Assembly: GCA_964474355.1 (NCBI GenBank)
Contig: CAYYSY010000172.1
Coordinates: forward strand, 16,526-80,525
Length of the DNA stretch: 64,000 nt
Direction of reading: 5' to 3'
Source: an uncultured Spirochaetaceae bacterium
GTDB lineage: Bacteria > Myxococcota_A > UBA9160 > UBA4427
The first letter of the stretch is position 1. Every line of letters starts with the position of its first letter. Shown here piece by piece: positions 1 through 8,813 of the stretch. Position numbers and translations under genes: made by a program. The notes under the pieces are model-generated. The model searched no databases. It had not been told where the DNA came from and worked only from the letters and a program-made list of their open reading frames with translations.

Positions 1-179
1 TGAGTCATCGCAGCAACGTGCTGCTCGACGAGGCGGGTCACCCGGTGCTGCTCGACTTCGCCTCGGCGCTCTGCGCGCCACCCGGCGGGCTGCGCCACCG
101 GCTGCTCGTGGCGGCCTTCGGCTGGGTCGATCGGCGCGCGGTACGGAAGTGGCGCAGGAAGCTGGCCGCTCCGAGCTGA
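1..179 (+). CDS. 3' end of a kinase-like protein (partial; continues upstream of the window)
   Basis: Frame 3 is open from the window edge to TGA 177-179. The translation ..SHRSNVLLDEAGHPVLLDFASA.. resembles the catalytic loop (HxxxxN) plus DF(G/A) of the protein/LPS-kinase fold. Codons are GC3-rich. Confidence 0.4.
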   Translation, partial: SHRSNVLLDEAGHPVLLDFASALCAPPGGLRHRLLVAAFGWVDRRAVRKWRRKLAAPS

Positions 180-247
180 GGCGCTGGCTCGAATCGATCT
201 CGCAGGGGGCCCCGTGCGCGGCCCGACGTGGCGGCGAAGCGCGCCTG

Positions 248-883
248 CTACGACTCGCCCTGGGCCGAGCCGGGGGCCGCGCCGGGGGCCGCGGCGGCCG
301 GGTCCGGCAGTGCGATCGCCGGCGGCTCGACGGGAGCCAGCCGCGCGATGTAGTGGCGGTAGCACTCGAGGGTCAGTCGAGCGTCGTCGAGGGCGCGATG
401 GGCGACGCCGCCTTCCGGAAGCATCCCGGCCGTCGTCGCGGCCTGGCGGAGCGACAGCCCGCCGAGCTTCTCGCCCGCCACCAGCGACCACGCTTGATAG
501 AGCGTCGCGAGGTCGATCACGTGGTAGTCGAAGGGGTAGGGGATCTCGCACTTCTTGTAGGCGCGCTCGAGGAAGAGCACGTCCATGCGGACGTTCTGGC
601 CGGCGGGTACCACGACCTTGTCCTTCGGCAGCATCTCCGCGACCTCGGTCAGCACCTGCCGGACGCCCGGCGCCACCGCCCAGAGCTCGGCGTCGTAGCC
701 GAACATCTTCGCGGACTCCGGCGTGATGCGTTCCGGGCGCGCGGCCACCCGCCACTGCTTCTCGCCCAGCTCGACCAGGCGATCGTCGGTGACGATCACG
801 CCGACCTCGGTGATGTCGTGGAGCTCTGGGTCGAGCCCCCCGAACTCGCAGTCGAGAAAGGCGAAGGCGAATTCGCGCGCCAT
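248..883 (-). CDS. DEDDh-family 3'-5' exonuclease (DnaQ/epsilon-like)
   Basis: 211 aa. Exo motifs FLDCEFGG (DxE), GQNVRMDVLFL (D) and HRALDDA (Hx4D). ATG start. Confidence 0.8.
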   Translation of the reverse strand: MAREFAFAFLDCEFGGLDPELHDITEVGVIVTDDRLVELGEKQWRVAARPERITPESAKMFGYDAELWAVAPGVRQVLTEVAEMLPKDKVVVPAGQNVRMDVLFLERAYKKCEIPYPFDYHVIDLATLYQAWSLVAGEKLGGLSLRQAATTAGMLPEGGVAHRALDDARLTLECYRHYIARLAPVEPPAIALPDPAAAAPGAAPGSAQGES

Positions 884-996
884 GGGTTCTCCTGCCGGTG
901 GCGACCGGCTGAGGGGGTCACGAGCGGGGTGTGGACCGGCCAGCTCGGCGCGCCCAGGCGGGGCGGCGGCAGCGGAGGCGACCGGATCGGAAGGGG

Positions 997-1074
997 TGGT
1001 GCTCCCTACGGGACTCGAACCCGTGTTTGAGCCTTGAGAGGGCCCCGTCCTAGGCCTCTAGACGAAGGGAGCAC
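997..1074 (-). tRNA. tRNA-Glu (anticodon CUC)
   Basis: Reverse complement is GTGCTCCCTTCGTCTAGAGGCCTAGGACGGGGCCCTCTCAAGGCTCAAACACGGGTTCGAGTCCCGTAGGGAGCACCA. It aligns with the canonical tRNA-Glu cloverleaf: anticodon loop CTCTCAA, GGTTCGAGTCC T-arm, encoded CCA. Confidence 0.9.
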
Positions 1075-1404
1075 GTGCTCGCGGGGTCGCGAGCGGGCGC
1101 AAACTAGCCATTGGCCGGGGCAGCTGCAAGCCGGCTCCCTGTCCGCCCGAATTCGTGCCCGGCACCCGGCCAGGCGCCGGTTGCGCTCCCGCGCGAATCG
1201 GTGCGCGGGTACGCGAATCATGAGAGCCGCATCACGTTCGCGGGTGACGCAGAACGTCCCCTGGTTGCGTGGTCCCGGGCTCCGGCGGGGAGGATCAGCA
1301 CACGAGCTGCCACCCCCGGAATGCGCAGCGTCCGGTCTACCGGACCAGAAGTTCTCAAGGATCGGGCCCCAAGCGGCCGATGAGGAACGTGATGGACGTC
1401 CTCT

Positions 1405-1420
1405 TGGCACGTCCGTTGCT
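1405..1420 (+). promoter_or_regulatory. sigma-54 (-24/-12) promoter upstream of pilA
   Basis: TGGCACgtccgTTGCT matches the consensus TGGCAC-N5-TTGCW exactly. It lies 178 nt upstream of the pilA start, in a 520-bp intergenic region. Confidence 0.6.
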
Positions 1421-1597
1421 CTCTCTGAGGGGCGAGAGCCGAGTGCTGTGAGCGGCCCGCGGCACGGCGCATGCGACGACACCGAGGCGGGGGAAGGGTT
1501 CATCCCGCCGGAGTCGCGTTCGCGAGCCGGGCCGTCGATCGACCGGACGCTTGACTGTGAGCCGGTCGTGTCGCGAGAAGACTAAGGAGGTGGCCGA

Positions 1598-2158
1598 ATG
1601 ATGATTCGATCCCGCCAGCAGAAGGGCATGACGTTGCTCGAGCTCATGATCGCAGTGGCGATCATCGGCATCCTCGCGAGCGTCGCGATTCCGTCGTTCA
1701 GGAACTACCAGTACAACGCCCGCACGGCAGAGGCGAAGGCGAACCTCGGTGCGCTGGCTCGCACGCAGCAGGCCTACTTCTCCGAGTTCAACGTGTACGT
1801 CGGCGTGTTCCCGGAGCCGATCACGACGCTCGCGATCCCGCCGTCGACCGTGAAGCGCGATTCTGCGTCGGTCGGCCCCGCGTTCTTGACCGTCGGATGG
1901 GCGCCCGAAGGCAACGTGTTCTACGACTACGACACGCACATCCCGGGCGACGGCGCGCCGGGTGCCTGCCCGTGCGCGGCCGGCCCCTGCTTCACCGCGT
2001 CGGCCTATGGCGACGTGGACGGCAATGGTACCCCGGCCGTGATCTCCTACGGGCAGCCCGATTCCATGGGGAACATGTGCAGCGGCGGGTTCGGCGGCGC
2101 GGCGCCCGCGCGGCCGAACGAGCCCGTCCACGACGTGATCGGGACCGGCCGCTTCTAG
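1598..2158 (+). CDS. pilA: type IV pilin (major pilin-like)
   Basis: Class III signal peptide MMIRSRQQKG|MTLLELMIAVAIIGILASVAIPSF, with G-1 and E+5. Four C-terminal Cys residues (D-region). AAGGAGG RBS 8 nt upstream. Confidence 0.85.
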   Translation: MMIRSRQQKGMTLLELMIAVAIIGILASVAIPSFRNYQYNARTAEAKANLGALARTQQAYFSEFNVYVGVFPEPITTLAIPPSTVKRDSASVGPAFLTVGWAPEGNVFYDYDTHIPGDGAPGACPCAAGPCFTASAYGDVDGNGTPAVISYGQPDSMGNMCSGGFGGAAPARPNEPVHDVIGTGRF

Positions 2159-2218
2159 CCACGATTCCAACCGCCACCACAGCGACCGCAGTCGCGCCGG
2201 GGGGAGGACTGCGAAGAC

Positions 2219-3223
2219 ATGAAGGCGAAGTTCGTCGGCAGCCTGGCCCTGTTGGGGGCGCTGGCCTTCACCGGACTCGTCCATACCCGGATCGATCCCC
2301 GGACGCGGGTCGACCAGGGTGAAGCGTACGTCCCGAAGCCCGAGACGGCGAAGGTGGCCGCGGTCGGCTTCGACGCGGTGATGGCCGACTACTACTGGCT
2401 TCAGGCGATCCAGGTCGTAAGCGGCGGCACCATCGTCGACGAGGAGGTCGCACTCCACGTCGGCAAGCTGATCGACGTCGTGACGACCCTCGATCCCTGG
2501 GTCGATCATCCATACCGCTTCGCGGCGGTCTGGATGACCGAGGGTGAGGAGAACGTTCGCATGGCGATCGACCTGCTGCGCCGCGGCGTCGAGCACCATC
2601 CCGACGAGTGGCGCAACTGGTTCTATCTCGGCTTCGACCACTTCTACTACCTCGGTGAGAACGAGGAGGCGGCGGAAGCGCTGCAGACGGCCTCGAGCCT
2701 GCCCGGCTCGCCCGCGTACCTGCCGCGTCTCGTTGCGCGCCTGCGCTCGGCGACCGCCGACATCGACGTGTCGGCGGTCTTCCTGCGACAGCTGCTCGAG
2801 TCGACCGACGACGAGGAGCGTCGCGCGACGTATCAGGCCGCCCTCGACGAGATCGAGGTCGAGCAGAAGGCGCGATTCCTCGACCGCGCTCGCGAGGCCC
2901 ACCGCAAGCTCGCGGGCTACGACGCCGTGCTGATCGAGGAGCTGACCGCCGAGCCGTACCGGGTCATCGAGAAGCTGCCGCGCCCGTTCCCCGACGCGCT
3001 GCCTGCGTCGGCGGCACCCGATGCGAAGTGGGTGATCGACGACGACGGGCGAACCGTCTCGACGTACTACGGCGCTCGCTACGAGGTGCACCACACGGCC
3101 AGTGGCGCCGGATTCGTGAAGCGCGGCACGCAGCAGACGCAGCCGGAGGAGAGCGAGGCCTCGCCGGAAGACGGTGCTCCGGATGCCCGCGAGAGAGACG
3201 AGGGGGGAGCGGAAGATGTCTGA
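2219..3223 (+). CDS. pilG: membrane-anchored/secreted protein, PilG-like by position (accessory to the PilH/PilI ABC system)
   Basis: 334 aa with an N-terminal hydrophobic anchor MKAKFVGSLALLGALAFTGLV and good GC3 codon bias. It overlaps the next gene by 8 nt. The order pilA-X-ABC ATPase-ABC permease-pilD matches Myxococcus pilA-pilGHI-pilD. The symbol is assigned by synteny only. Confidence 0.55.
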   Translation: MKAKFVGSLALLGALAFTGLVHTRIDPRTRVDQGEAYVPKPETAKVAAVGFDAVMADYYWLQAIQVVSGGTIVDEEVALHVGKLIDVVTTLDPWVDHPYRFAAVWMTEGEENVRMAIDLLRRGVEHHPDEWRNWFYLGFDHFYYLGENEEAAEALQTASSLPGSPAYLPRLVARLRSATADIDVSAVFLRQLLESTDDEERRATYQAALDEIEVEQKARFLDRAREAHRKLAGYDAVLIEELTAEPYRVIEKLPRPFPDALPASAAPDAKWVIDDDGRTVSTYYGARYEVHHTASGAGFVKRGTQQTQPEESEASPEDGAPDARERDEGGAEDV

Positions 3224-4205
3224 TGAGGCGAAGCCGGTCGTCTCGGTGAAGGACGTGGTCAAGGATTTCCGGCCGGGGCTCGGCCTGCGCACGAAGCGCG
3301 TGCTGCACGGTGTGTCTTTCGACGTGCACGAAGGCGAGATCTTCGGCTTCGTCGGCCCGAACGGTGCCGGCAAGACCACGACGCTGAAGGTCCTGATGGG
3401 GTTGATCCGCGCGACCTCGGGTCAGGCGTCGATCCTCGGCCACGACGTGTCGGAGAGCGCGTACCGGAACCACATCGGCTTCTTGCCCGAGAACCCCTAC
3501 TTCTACACCTATCTCACGGCCCGCGAGATCCTCGGCTTCTACGCGACGCTCTGTGGTCTGCCCGCGAGCGAGCGCGCGGCCCGTGTCGAGCTGCTGCTCG
3601 AGCGGGTGGGGCTCGCGCATGCCGCCGATGCACGGCTGAAGACCTACTCGAAGGGCATGTTGCAGCGGGTCGGGATCGCGCAGGCGCTGGTCCACGACCC
3701 GGAGGTCGTCTTCCTCGACGAGCCGATGAGCGGTCTCGATCCGATCGGACGCAAGGAGATCCGCGACATCATCCTGCGGCTGCGCGACGAGGGGAAGACC
3801 GTGTTCATGAACACGCACATCCTCTCGGACGTCGAGATGATCTGCGATCGCGTCGCGATCATCGTGAATGGTGCGATCCGCTACGAGGGCCTCATCGAGA
3901 ACTTCATCCCCGAGGACGGCATGCGGACGGACGTCATGCTGAAGAACATCACTGCAGAGACGGCCACCGCTCTCGAGGACGGGCTCGAGTGCGAGCTGAA
4001 GGGACTCGGCGAGCAGATCGAGGTGCGCGTGCACGACAAGCTCGTCGAGCCGCTGCTGCGAAAGGTGCTCGACTACGGCGGCGAGGTGGTCTCGGTGACG
4101 CCTGCCCGCATGACCCTCGAGCACATCTTCTTGAGCACCGTCAATGAGGCGCGTCACGACGACGTGCCCGCCAGCGAGACCGGCGACGCGGAGGCGAGCG
4201 AATGA
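3216..4205 (+). CDS. pilH: ABC transporter ATP-binding protein (PilH-like)
   Basis: Walker A GPNGAGKTT, signature YSKGMLQRVGIA, Walker B VVFLDEPMSGLD. Start taken at MSDEAKP (3216), not the ORF-track M at 3174. Confidence 0.85.
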   Translation: MSDEAKPVVSVKDVVKDFRPGLGLRTKRVLHGVSFDVHEGEIFGFVGPNGAGKTTTLKVLMGLIRATSGQASILGHDVSESAYRNHIGFLPENPYFYTYLTAREILGFYATLCGLPASERAARVELLLERVGLAHAADARLKTYSKGMLQRVGIAQALVHDPEVVFLDEPMSGLDPIGRKEIRDIILRLRDEGKTVFMNTHILSDVEMICDRVAIIVNGAIRYEGLIENFIPEDGMRTDVMLKNITAETATALEDGLECELKGLGEQIEVRVHDKLVEPLLRKVLDYGGEVVSVTPARMTLEHIFLSTVNEARHDDVPASETGDAEASE

Positions 4206-4975
4206 TCACGGCACGAATCTCGGCCATCGCCGGCAACACCGTGCGCGAGGCCGTGCGGAACAAGCTGCTCTACACGCTGCTCTTCTTCGCCGTAGCCGTG
4301 ATCGGCTGCGCGGTGCTCGTGGCGAGCCTCTCCTACGTCGAGGGCAATCGCATCATCCAGGACGTCGGCCTCGCTGCGATCCGGCTCTTCAGCCTCGGCA
4401 TCGCGGTCTTCGTCGGCATCGGCCTGATCCACAACGAGGTCGAGCGCCGCACGATCCAGACGATCCTCTCGAAGCCGGTGTCCCGGGCGGAGTTCCTGCT
4501 CGGCAAGTATCTGGGGCTCCTCGCCACGGTGTGGCTGCAGGTTGCGATCATGGGCGTCGCGTTCGTGATCGTGTCGCTCGCATCCGGTGCGCCGCTCGGA
4601 GCTGGCGTCGCATGGGCGCTGCTGCTCTTCTGCATGGAGCTCGCGGTGATCGTCGCGGTGGCCACGCTCTTCTCTTCGTTCACGACGCCGCTCCTCGCGT
4701 CGCTCTTCACCGTCGGCATCTGGGTGGTCGGGCACCTGACCCGCGACCTCCTCGCGCTCGGCAAGCAGGCCGATCAGGAGAGCGTGCAGTGGGTGACGGC
4801 CTTCCTCTATCGGGTGCTGCCCGATCTCGAGGCGTTCAACCTCACCATCGAGGCGGTGCACGGCCTGCCCATCGAGAGCGGAGAGGTCGTCTGGCCTATG
4901 CTCCTCGGCATCGGCTACTCGGCCGTCCTGCTCATCGTGGCCATCCAGGTCTTCCAGAAGCGCGACATGAAGTAG
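4202..4975 (+). CDS. pilI: ABC-2 type permease (PilI-like)
   Basis: 257 aa and polytopic (about 6 hydrophobic helices). ATGA start/stop overlap with the ATPase gene. Confidence 0.8.
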   Translation: MITARISAIAGNTVREAVRNKLLYTLLFFAVAVIGCAVLVASLSYVEGNRIIQDVGLAAIRLFSLGIAVFVGIGLIHNEVERRTIQTILSKPVSRAEFLLGKYLGLLATVWLQVAIMGVAFVIVSLASGAPLGAGVAWALLLFCMELAVIVAVATLFSSFTTPLLASLFTVGIWVVGHLTRDLLALGKQADQESVQWVTAFLYRVLPDLEAFNLTIEAVHGLPIESGEVVWPMLLGIGYSAVLLIVAIQVFQKRDMK

Positions 4976-5039
4976 TGAAGGAGCAGCGAGGCGGCGCGGT
5001 GCAGGCCGCGCGCCCGCGAGGTGACGCTTGACGATCTCC

Positions 5040-5918
5040 ATGCCGGCCTATCTGGTGTTCGTGGCGACGTGTTTCGGTCTGGTGATCGGCTCGTTCCTCA
5101 ACGTCGTGATCTACCGGCTGCCGAACGGGCAGTCGGTGGTGCATCCGCCTTCCCACTGCCCGAGCTGCGGTGCGAGCGTTCGCGCCTTCGACAACGTACC
5201 CGTGCTCGCATGGCTCTGGCTGCGCGGCAAGTGTCGCGACTGCAACTCGGGCATCTCGGCACGCTATCCCGCGATCGAGGCCCTGACGGGCGCGACGTTC
5301 GGTCTCATTGCATGGCAGTTCGGCATGACGCCGCTCTCCATCCTCTACATGCTCTTCGCGGCCGCGTTGATCACGGCGTCGATGATCGACTTCGACCACC
5401 AGATCATTCCCGACGAGATCTCGCTCGGCGGCCTCGCCGTGGCGCTCGTCGCGGTGCCGTCGGCGACGGCATGGATGGGCCACATGTCGCTGGTCGACGC
5501 CGCGGCGTTCAGCGTCATCGGCGCCTTGATCGGCGGCGGCTCGCTCTGGATCGTCGCCTTCACCCACGCGCGCGTCTCGGTGGCGATGGGGCGCGAGTTC
5601 GCGCACTGGCCGGGCGAGGGCGAGGCGCTGCCGCGGCCGGGTGAGGCCGACTATTGGCTCTGGTTCCCCGGCCTCGGCCTCGGCGACGTGAAGCTGCTCG
5701 CGATGATCGGCGCCGTGCTCGGGCCGTGGGGCGTGCTCGACACCATCGTCGCGGCCTCCGCGGTGGGGCTCGTGATGGGCGTGGGATGGGCGCTCGTGAA
5801 GCACAGCTGGGAGAGCCCGTTCGGCTTCGGCCCGGCGCTCGGCTTCGGCGCTCTGCTCGCGCTGCTGATGCCAGAGCACCTGATCGTGCTGCTCGCCCGA
5901 TCGCAAGGCGTCGCCTGA
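5040..5918 (+). CDS. pilD: prepilin peptidase / N-methyltransferase (A24 family)
   Basis: GLVIGSFLNVVIYRLP, Cys-rich CPSCG...CRDC motif, ARYPAIEALTG, and two Asp-containing TM regions. ATG at 5040 is preferred over the in-frame TTG at 5028. Confidence 0.9.
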   Translation: MPAYLVFVATCFGLVIGSFLNVVIYRLPNGQSVVHPPSHCPSCGASVRAFDNVPVLAWLWLRGKCRDCNSGISARYPAIEALTGATFGLIAWQFGMTPLSILYMLFAAALITASMIDFDHQIIPDEISLGGLAVALVAVPSATAWMGHMSLVDAAAFSVIGALIGGGSLWIVAFTHARVSVAMGREFAHWPGEGEALPRPGEADYWLWFPGLGLGDVKLLAMIGAVLGPWGVLDTIVAASAVGLVMGVGWALVKHSWESPFGFGPALGFGALLALLMPEHLIVLLARSQGVA

Positions 5919-6011
5919 CGCGCACGCGCAGCGTGCGAACGGCCACGCTGATCTCGATGTGATTCGGGGGGGCGTGGCGCGGGCCTGGACAGAGCGCTGC
6001 GCCCCGCCGCC

Positions 6012-6087
6012 TGGTTCCCCAGCATGGATTCGAACCATGATTCGCGGATTCAGAGTCCGCTGTCCTGCCGTTAGACGACCGGGGAAC
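6012..6087 (-). tRNA. tRNA-Gln (anticodon CUG)
   Basis: Reverse complement is GTTCCCCGGTCGTCTAACGGCAGGACAGCGGACTCTGAATCCGCGAATCATGGTTCGAATCCATGCTGGGGAACCA. Anticodon stem GCGGA/TCCGC, loop CTCTGAA, encoded CCA. Confidence 0.9.
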
Positions 6088-6211
6088 AGGCGTGGAACGC
6101 GGCGCCATGAGCGCCGGGACCCCGGCGCCTCGGGCGACGGGGCGGCAGACATTAACGGATCGGCCGAGCGCCCTCAAACCTGACGACCGCATCTGGCCAC
6201 CGGGGCCTCGT

Positions 6212-7639
6212 TCAGCCCTCACCCGCATCGGCTGCCCGGGCCCCGATCAGCGCGATGGCGTCGCGGAGCCGGGTGAGCGTGCGCTCGCGTCCCAGCACCG
6301 CCAGGGTCTCGTAGATGCCCGGAGAGTTGGGCCCGCCCGTCACCGCTACGCGGACGGGCTGCGCGAGCTTGCCCATCTTCGTGTCGTGCGCCTCGACCAC
6401 CGCGTCGAAGGCCGGCTCGAGGGCGGCCTCGGTCCACTCATCGAGGGCTTCGAGGCGCGGCACGAGATCCTGCAGCAGGGGCAGCGCGACGGGGCGGAGG
6501 TGCTTCTTTGCGGCCTTCTCGTCGAGCTCGATGTCGTCGCGGACGAGCCAGCGCGTCTGGCTCGCCATCTCGGCCAGCGTGTGGCTGCGCTCGCGGAGCA
6601 GATCGAGCAGTCCGTCGAGCCCGGCGCTCTGCTCGACCGGCTTGTCGGCCACCTCGTCGAGCCAAGGGCGCACCCGCTCGAAGAGTGCGTCGGCGGGCAG
6701 TGTCTTCAGCCAGTGCTGGCCGAGCCATGCGAGCTTGGCCTCGTCGGCGTGGGCGCCGCTGCGGCCGACGTGCTCGAGGTCGAAGAGGCGGGCGATGTCG
6801 TCGAGCGAGAAGACCTCTTCGTCGCCGTGTGACCAGCCGAGGCGCATGATCCAGTTGACGAGCGCCTCCTGCAGGTGCCCGTGCTCACGGAACTCCTGGA
6901 TCGACACGTTGTCGCGTCGCTTCGAGAGCTTCTTGCCGCCCGGGCCCACGATCAGCGGCACGTGCGCGTAGATCGGAGGCTCCCGATCGAGCGCGTGGTA
7001 GAGCGCGACCTGCAGCGGCGTGTTCGGGTGATGATCCGCGCCGCGGATCACGTGGGTGATGCCCATGTCCAAGTCGTCGACCACGACCGCCAGATGAAAG
7101 ACGGCCGTGCCATCGCTGCGCAGGATGATCACGTCGCCGATCTGCGACGCGTCCTGGCCGCTCGGACCGAAGACGAGATCGTCGAAGCCGAGCATGCCCT
7201 CCTTCGGCAGTCGCAGACGCACCGTGTGCTCGCCGCAGTCGGGGCCGTGCCCCGCATCGCGGCAATGTCCGTCGTAGATGCCGCGTCCGCCGCTGGCTTC
7301 GTCGCGGCTGCGCACTTCGTCGAGGCGCTCGCGGCTGCACGTGCAGCGGTAAGCGCGGCCCGACTCGAGCAGCTGGTCCACGACCTCTCGGTGCCTCGCC
7401 CGGTGATCGGTTTGCCGATACGGGCCCTCGTCCCAATCGAGGCCGAGCCAGCGCATGCCTTCGATGACGGCTTCTTCGGATTCGAGGGTGGAGCGGTCGC
7501 GGTCGGTGTCTTCGATGCGGAGGACGAAGGTGCCTTGGTTCCTCCTCGCGAAGGCCCAGTTGTAGAGGGCTGTTCGGGCGGAGCCCAGGTGGAGGTAGCC
7601 GGTCGGGCTCGGGGCGAATCTGGTTCGGATGTTGGACAT
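6212..7639 (-). CDS. gltX: glutamyl-tRNA synthetase
   Basis: MSNIRTRFAPSPTGYLHLGSARTALYNWAF (HIGH-type motif), KLSKR motif, 475 aa. Confidence 0.95.
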   Translation of the reverse strand: MSNIRTRFAPSPTGYLHLGSARTALYNWAFARRNQGTFVLRIEDTDRDRSTLESEEAVIEGMRWLGLDWDEGPYRQTDHRARHREVVDQLLESGRAYRCTCSRERLDEVRSRDEASGGRGIYDGHCRDAGHGPDCGEHTVRLRLPKEGMLGFDDLVFGPSGQDASQIGDVIILRSDGTAVFHLAVVVDDLDMGITHVIRGADHHPNTPLQVALYHALDREPPIYAHVPLIVGPGGKKLSKRRDNVSIQEFREHGHLQEALVNWIMRLGWSHGDEEVFSLDDIARLFDLEHVGRSGAHADEAKLAWLGQHWLKTLPADALFERVRPWLDEVADKPVEQSAGLDGLLDLLRERSHTLAEMASQTRWLVRDDIELDEKAAKKHLRPVALPLLQDLVPRLEALDEWTEAALEPAFDAVVEAHDTKMGKLAQPVRVAVTGGPNSPGIYETLAVLGRERTLTRLRDAIALIGARAADAGEG

Positions 7640-7698
7640 GAGGCGGGCGAGGATAACGGGCCGAGGGGGTGGGTGGATCGCGTGTTTGGGAGCTGGGG

Positions 7699-7831
7699 AC
7701 GGGATTTTCGGGTGTCGTCCTCGCCTTGCGGCGGGCTGGCTCTACCGGGGAGGACCGTTTGCTCGCCGCGGGCCGTCGGGGCAACCATGCGAGCCCGCCT
7801 CCAAGCTGCGGGCGACACCCGAAAATCCCGT
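7699..7831. repeat. perfect 19-bp inverted repeat separated by 95 nt (long hairpin)
   Basis: acgggattttcgggtgtcg (7699-7717) is the exact reverse complement of cgacacccgaaaatcccgt (7813-7831). The spacer has further internal complementarity (ggcgggct/agcccgcc, tcctc/gagga). Confidence 0.85.
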
Positions 7832-8158
7832 GGTCCGCGTCGGCGCCTCGCGCCCTTCGAAGATCCTGTCCTCGTGCGGGCCCTTGGCCCGCGGCGTCGA
7901 CCCGGGTCGGGCAGGGAGGGCCAGCGTTCTCTTTGTGGGGCGCGGCAGGGGTCGGGGCTCTGCCGGGTGGGTTGGCCGCGTTCGGTGCGGTGGGTTGCGG
8001 CGGGCTGTCCTGTGCGGAGTTGGGGGCCCTCCGGGGGTGGTTTGGCGGTGGGGGGTGGGTCTGCTAAGAACTGGCCCGCTTCGAAGGCGGCGGGGTGACT
8101 CGAAGTCGCTGGATTGGAAGGGGTTTTCTGGTCCGGTGTGTGGGTGGTGCCGAGGGCG

Positions 8159-8746
8159 ATGAAGCTCTTCGTCGACAGGATCGAGGCTTCACCGACGTCG
8201 GAGCGGTTCGAGGCCGGCGGCGACTGGTGGTCGGACCGGTCCGGGGCGAGTGCCTCGGACTTCGAGATGGTCGAGCCGCCGGTGTTCGTGGTGAACGTGC
8301 ACCGGATGGGGCGCGATCTGTATCTCGACGGAACCTTCGAGGCTCGGGTCGAGGCGACATGCAGCCGATGCCTCAAGCGCTATCGTCAGCCGCTTCGCGA
8401 TGCCTGGCGGCTCGTGCTCGAGCCCGCCGAAGGCGCCGAGATGCCCGATCCGGAGAGCGCGGAGACGCTGGCCCAGGACGGAATCTGCCTGGGTGAAGAG
8501 CTGGAGGTGGGCTGGTATCGGGGCAAGGAGCTGAAGCTCGACCGCCTCTTCGACGAGGTGGTGGCGCTGGCTCTGCCGCTCGTCCCGCTGTGCCGAGAGG
8601 ATTGTCCGGGCCTTTGCCCGGTGTGTGGACGTGACCTGTCCACCGACGAGTGCGACTGCGAATCGACCTTGCCCGACTCGCCCTTCGCCGCCCTGGCGGC
8701 GCTGCGGACGAGCGGGCCCGAGACAGAGACCGACACAGAGAGCTGA
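8159..8746 (+). CDS. yceD: YceD/DUF177 family protein (large-subunit ribosomal accumulation protein)
   Basis: Lies directly upstream of rpmF. C-terminal CxxC...CxC cluster ([23 protein letters not shown]) typical of DUF177. Start taken at MKLFVDRI. Confidence 0.8.
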   Translation: MKLFVDRIEASPTSERFEAGGDWWSDRSGASASDFEMVEPPVFVVNVHRMGRDLYLDGTFEARVEATCSRCLKRYRQPLRDAWRLVLEPAEGAEMPDPESAETLAQDGICLGEELEVGWYRGKELKLDRLFDEVVALALPLVPLCREDCPGLCPVCGRDLSTDECDCESTLPDSPFAALAALRTSGPETETDTES

Positions 8747-8809
8747 AGGCTCTCGAGACAACGAGCTGAAGGCTCTTGAACAACGAGCTGAGGGCTCTGA
8801 AGAGAGAAC
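8740..8809. repeat. three tandem units (23/22/25 bp) at the yceD stop / rpmF start
   Basis: gagctgaaggctctcgagacaac / gagctgaaggctcttgaacaac / gagctgagggctctgaagagagaac. Unit 1 contains the yceD TGA (8744-8746). The array ends 4 nt before the rpmF ATG. Confidence 0.9.
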
Positions 8810-8813
8810 CGAG

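Noticed and set aside
1355-3379. 674-aa minus-strand ORF. Similar very long ORFs: 13443-15008(-), 23080-25914(-), 39904-42582(-), 52368-54959(-), 10327-11514(-), 11638-13629(-).
   Set aside because: They lie antisense to, or out of frame with, genes that have clear conserved motifs. Their translations are Arg/Ala/Pro/Gly-rich low complexity with no recognisable motifs. This is the expected shadow-ORF behaviour of very GC-rich DNA.
7669-8067. 132-aa + strand ORF in the gltX-yceD intergenic region.
   Set aside because: The translation is Gly/Arg/Ala low complexity driven by the G-tract cluster. It has no RBS or motif and overlaps the inverted-repeat element.
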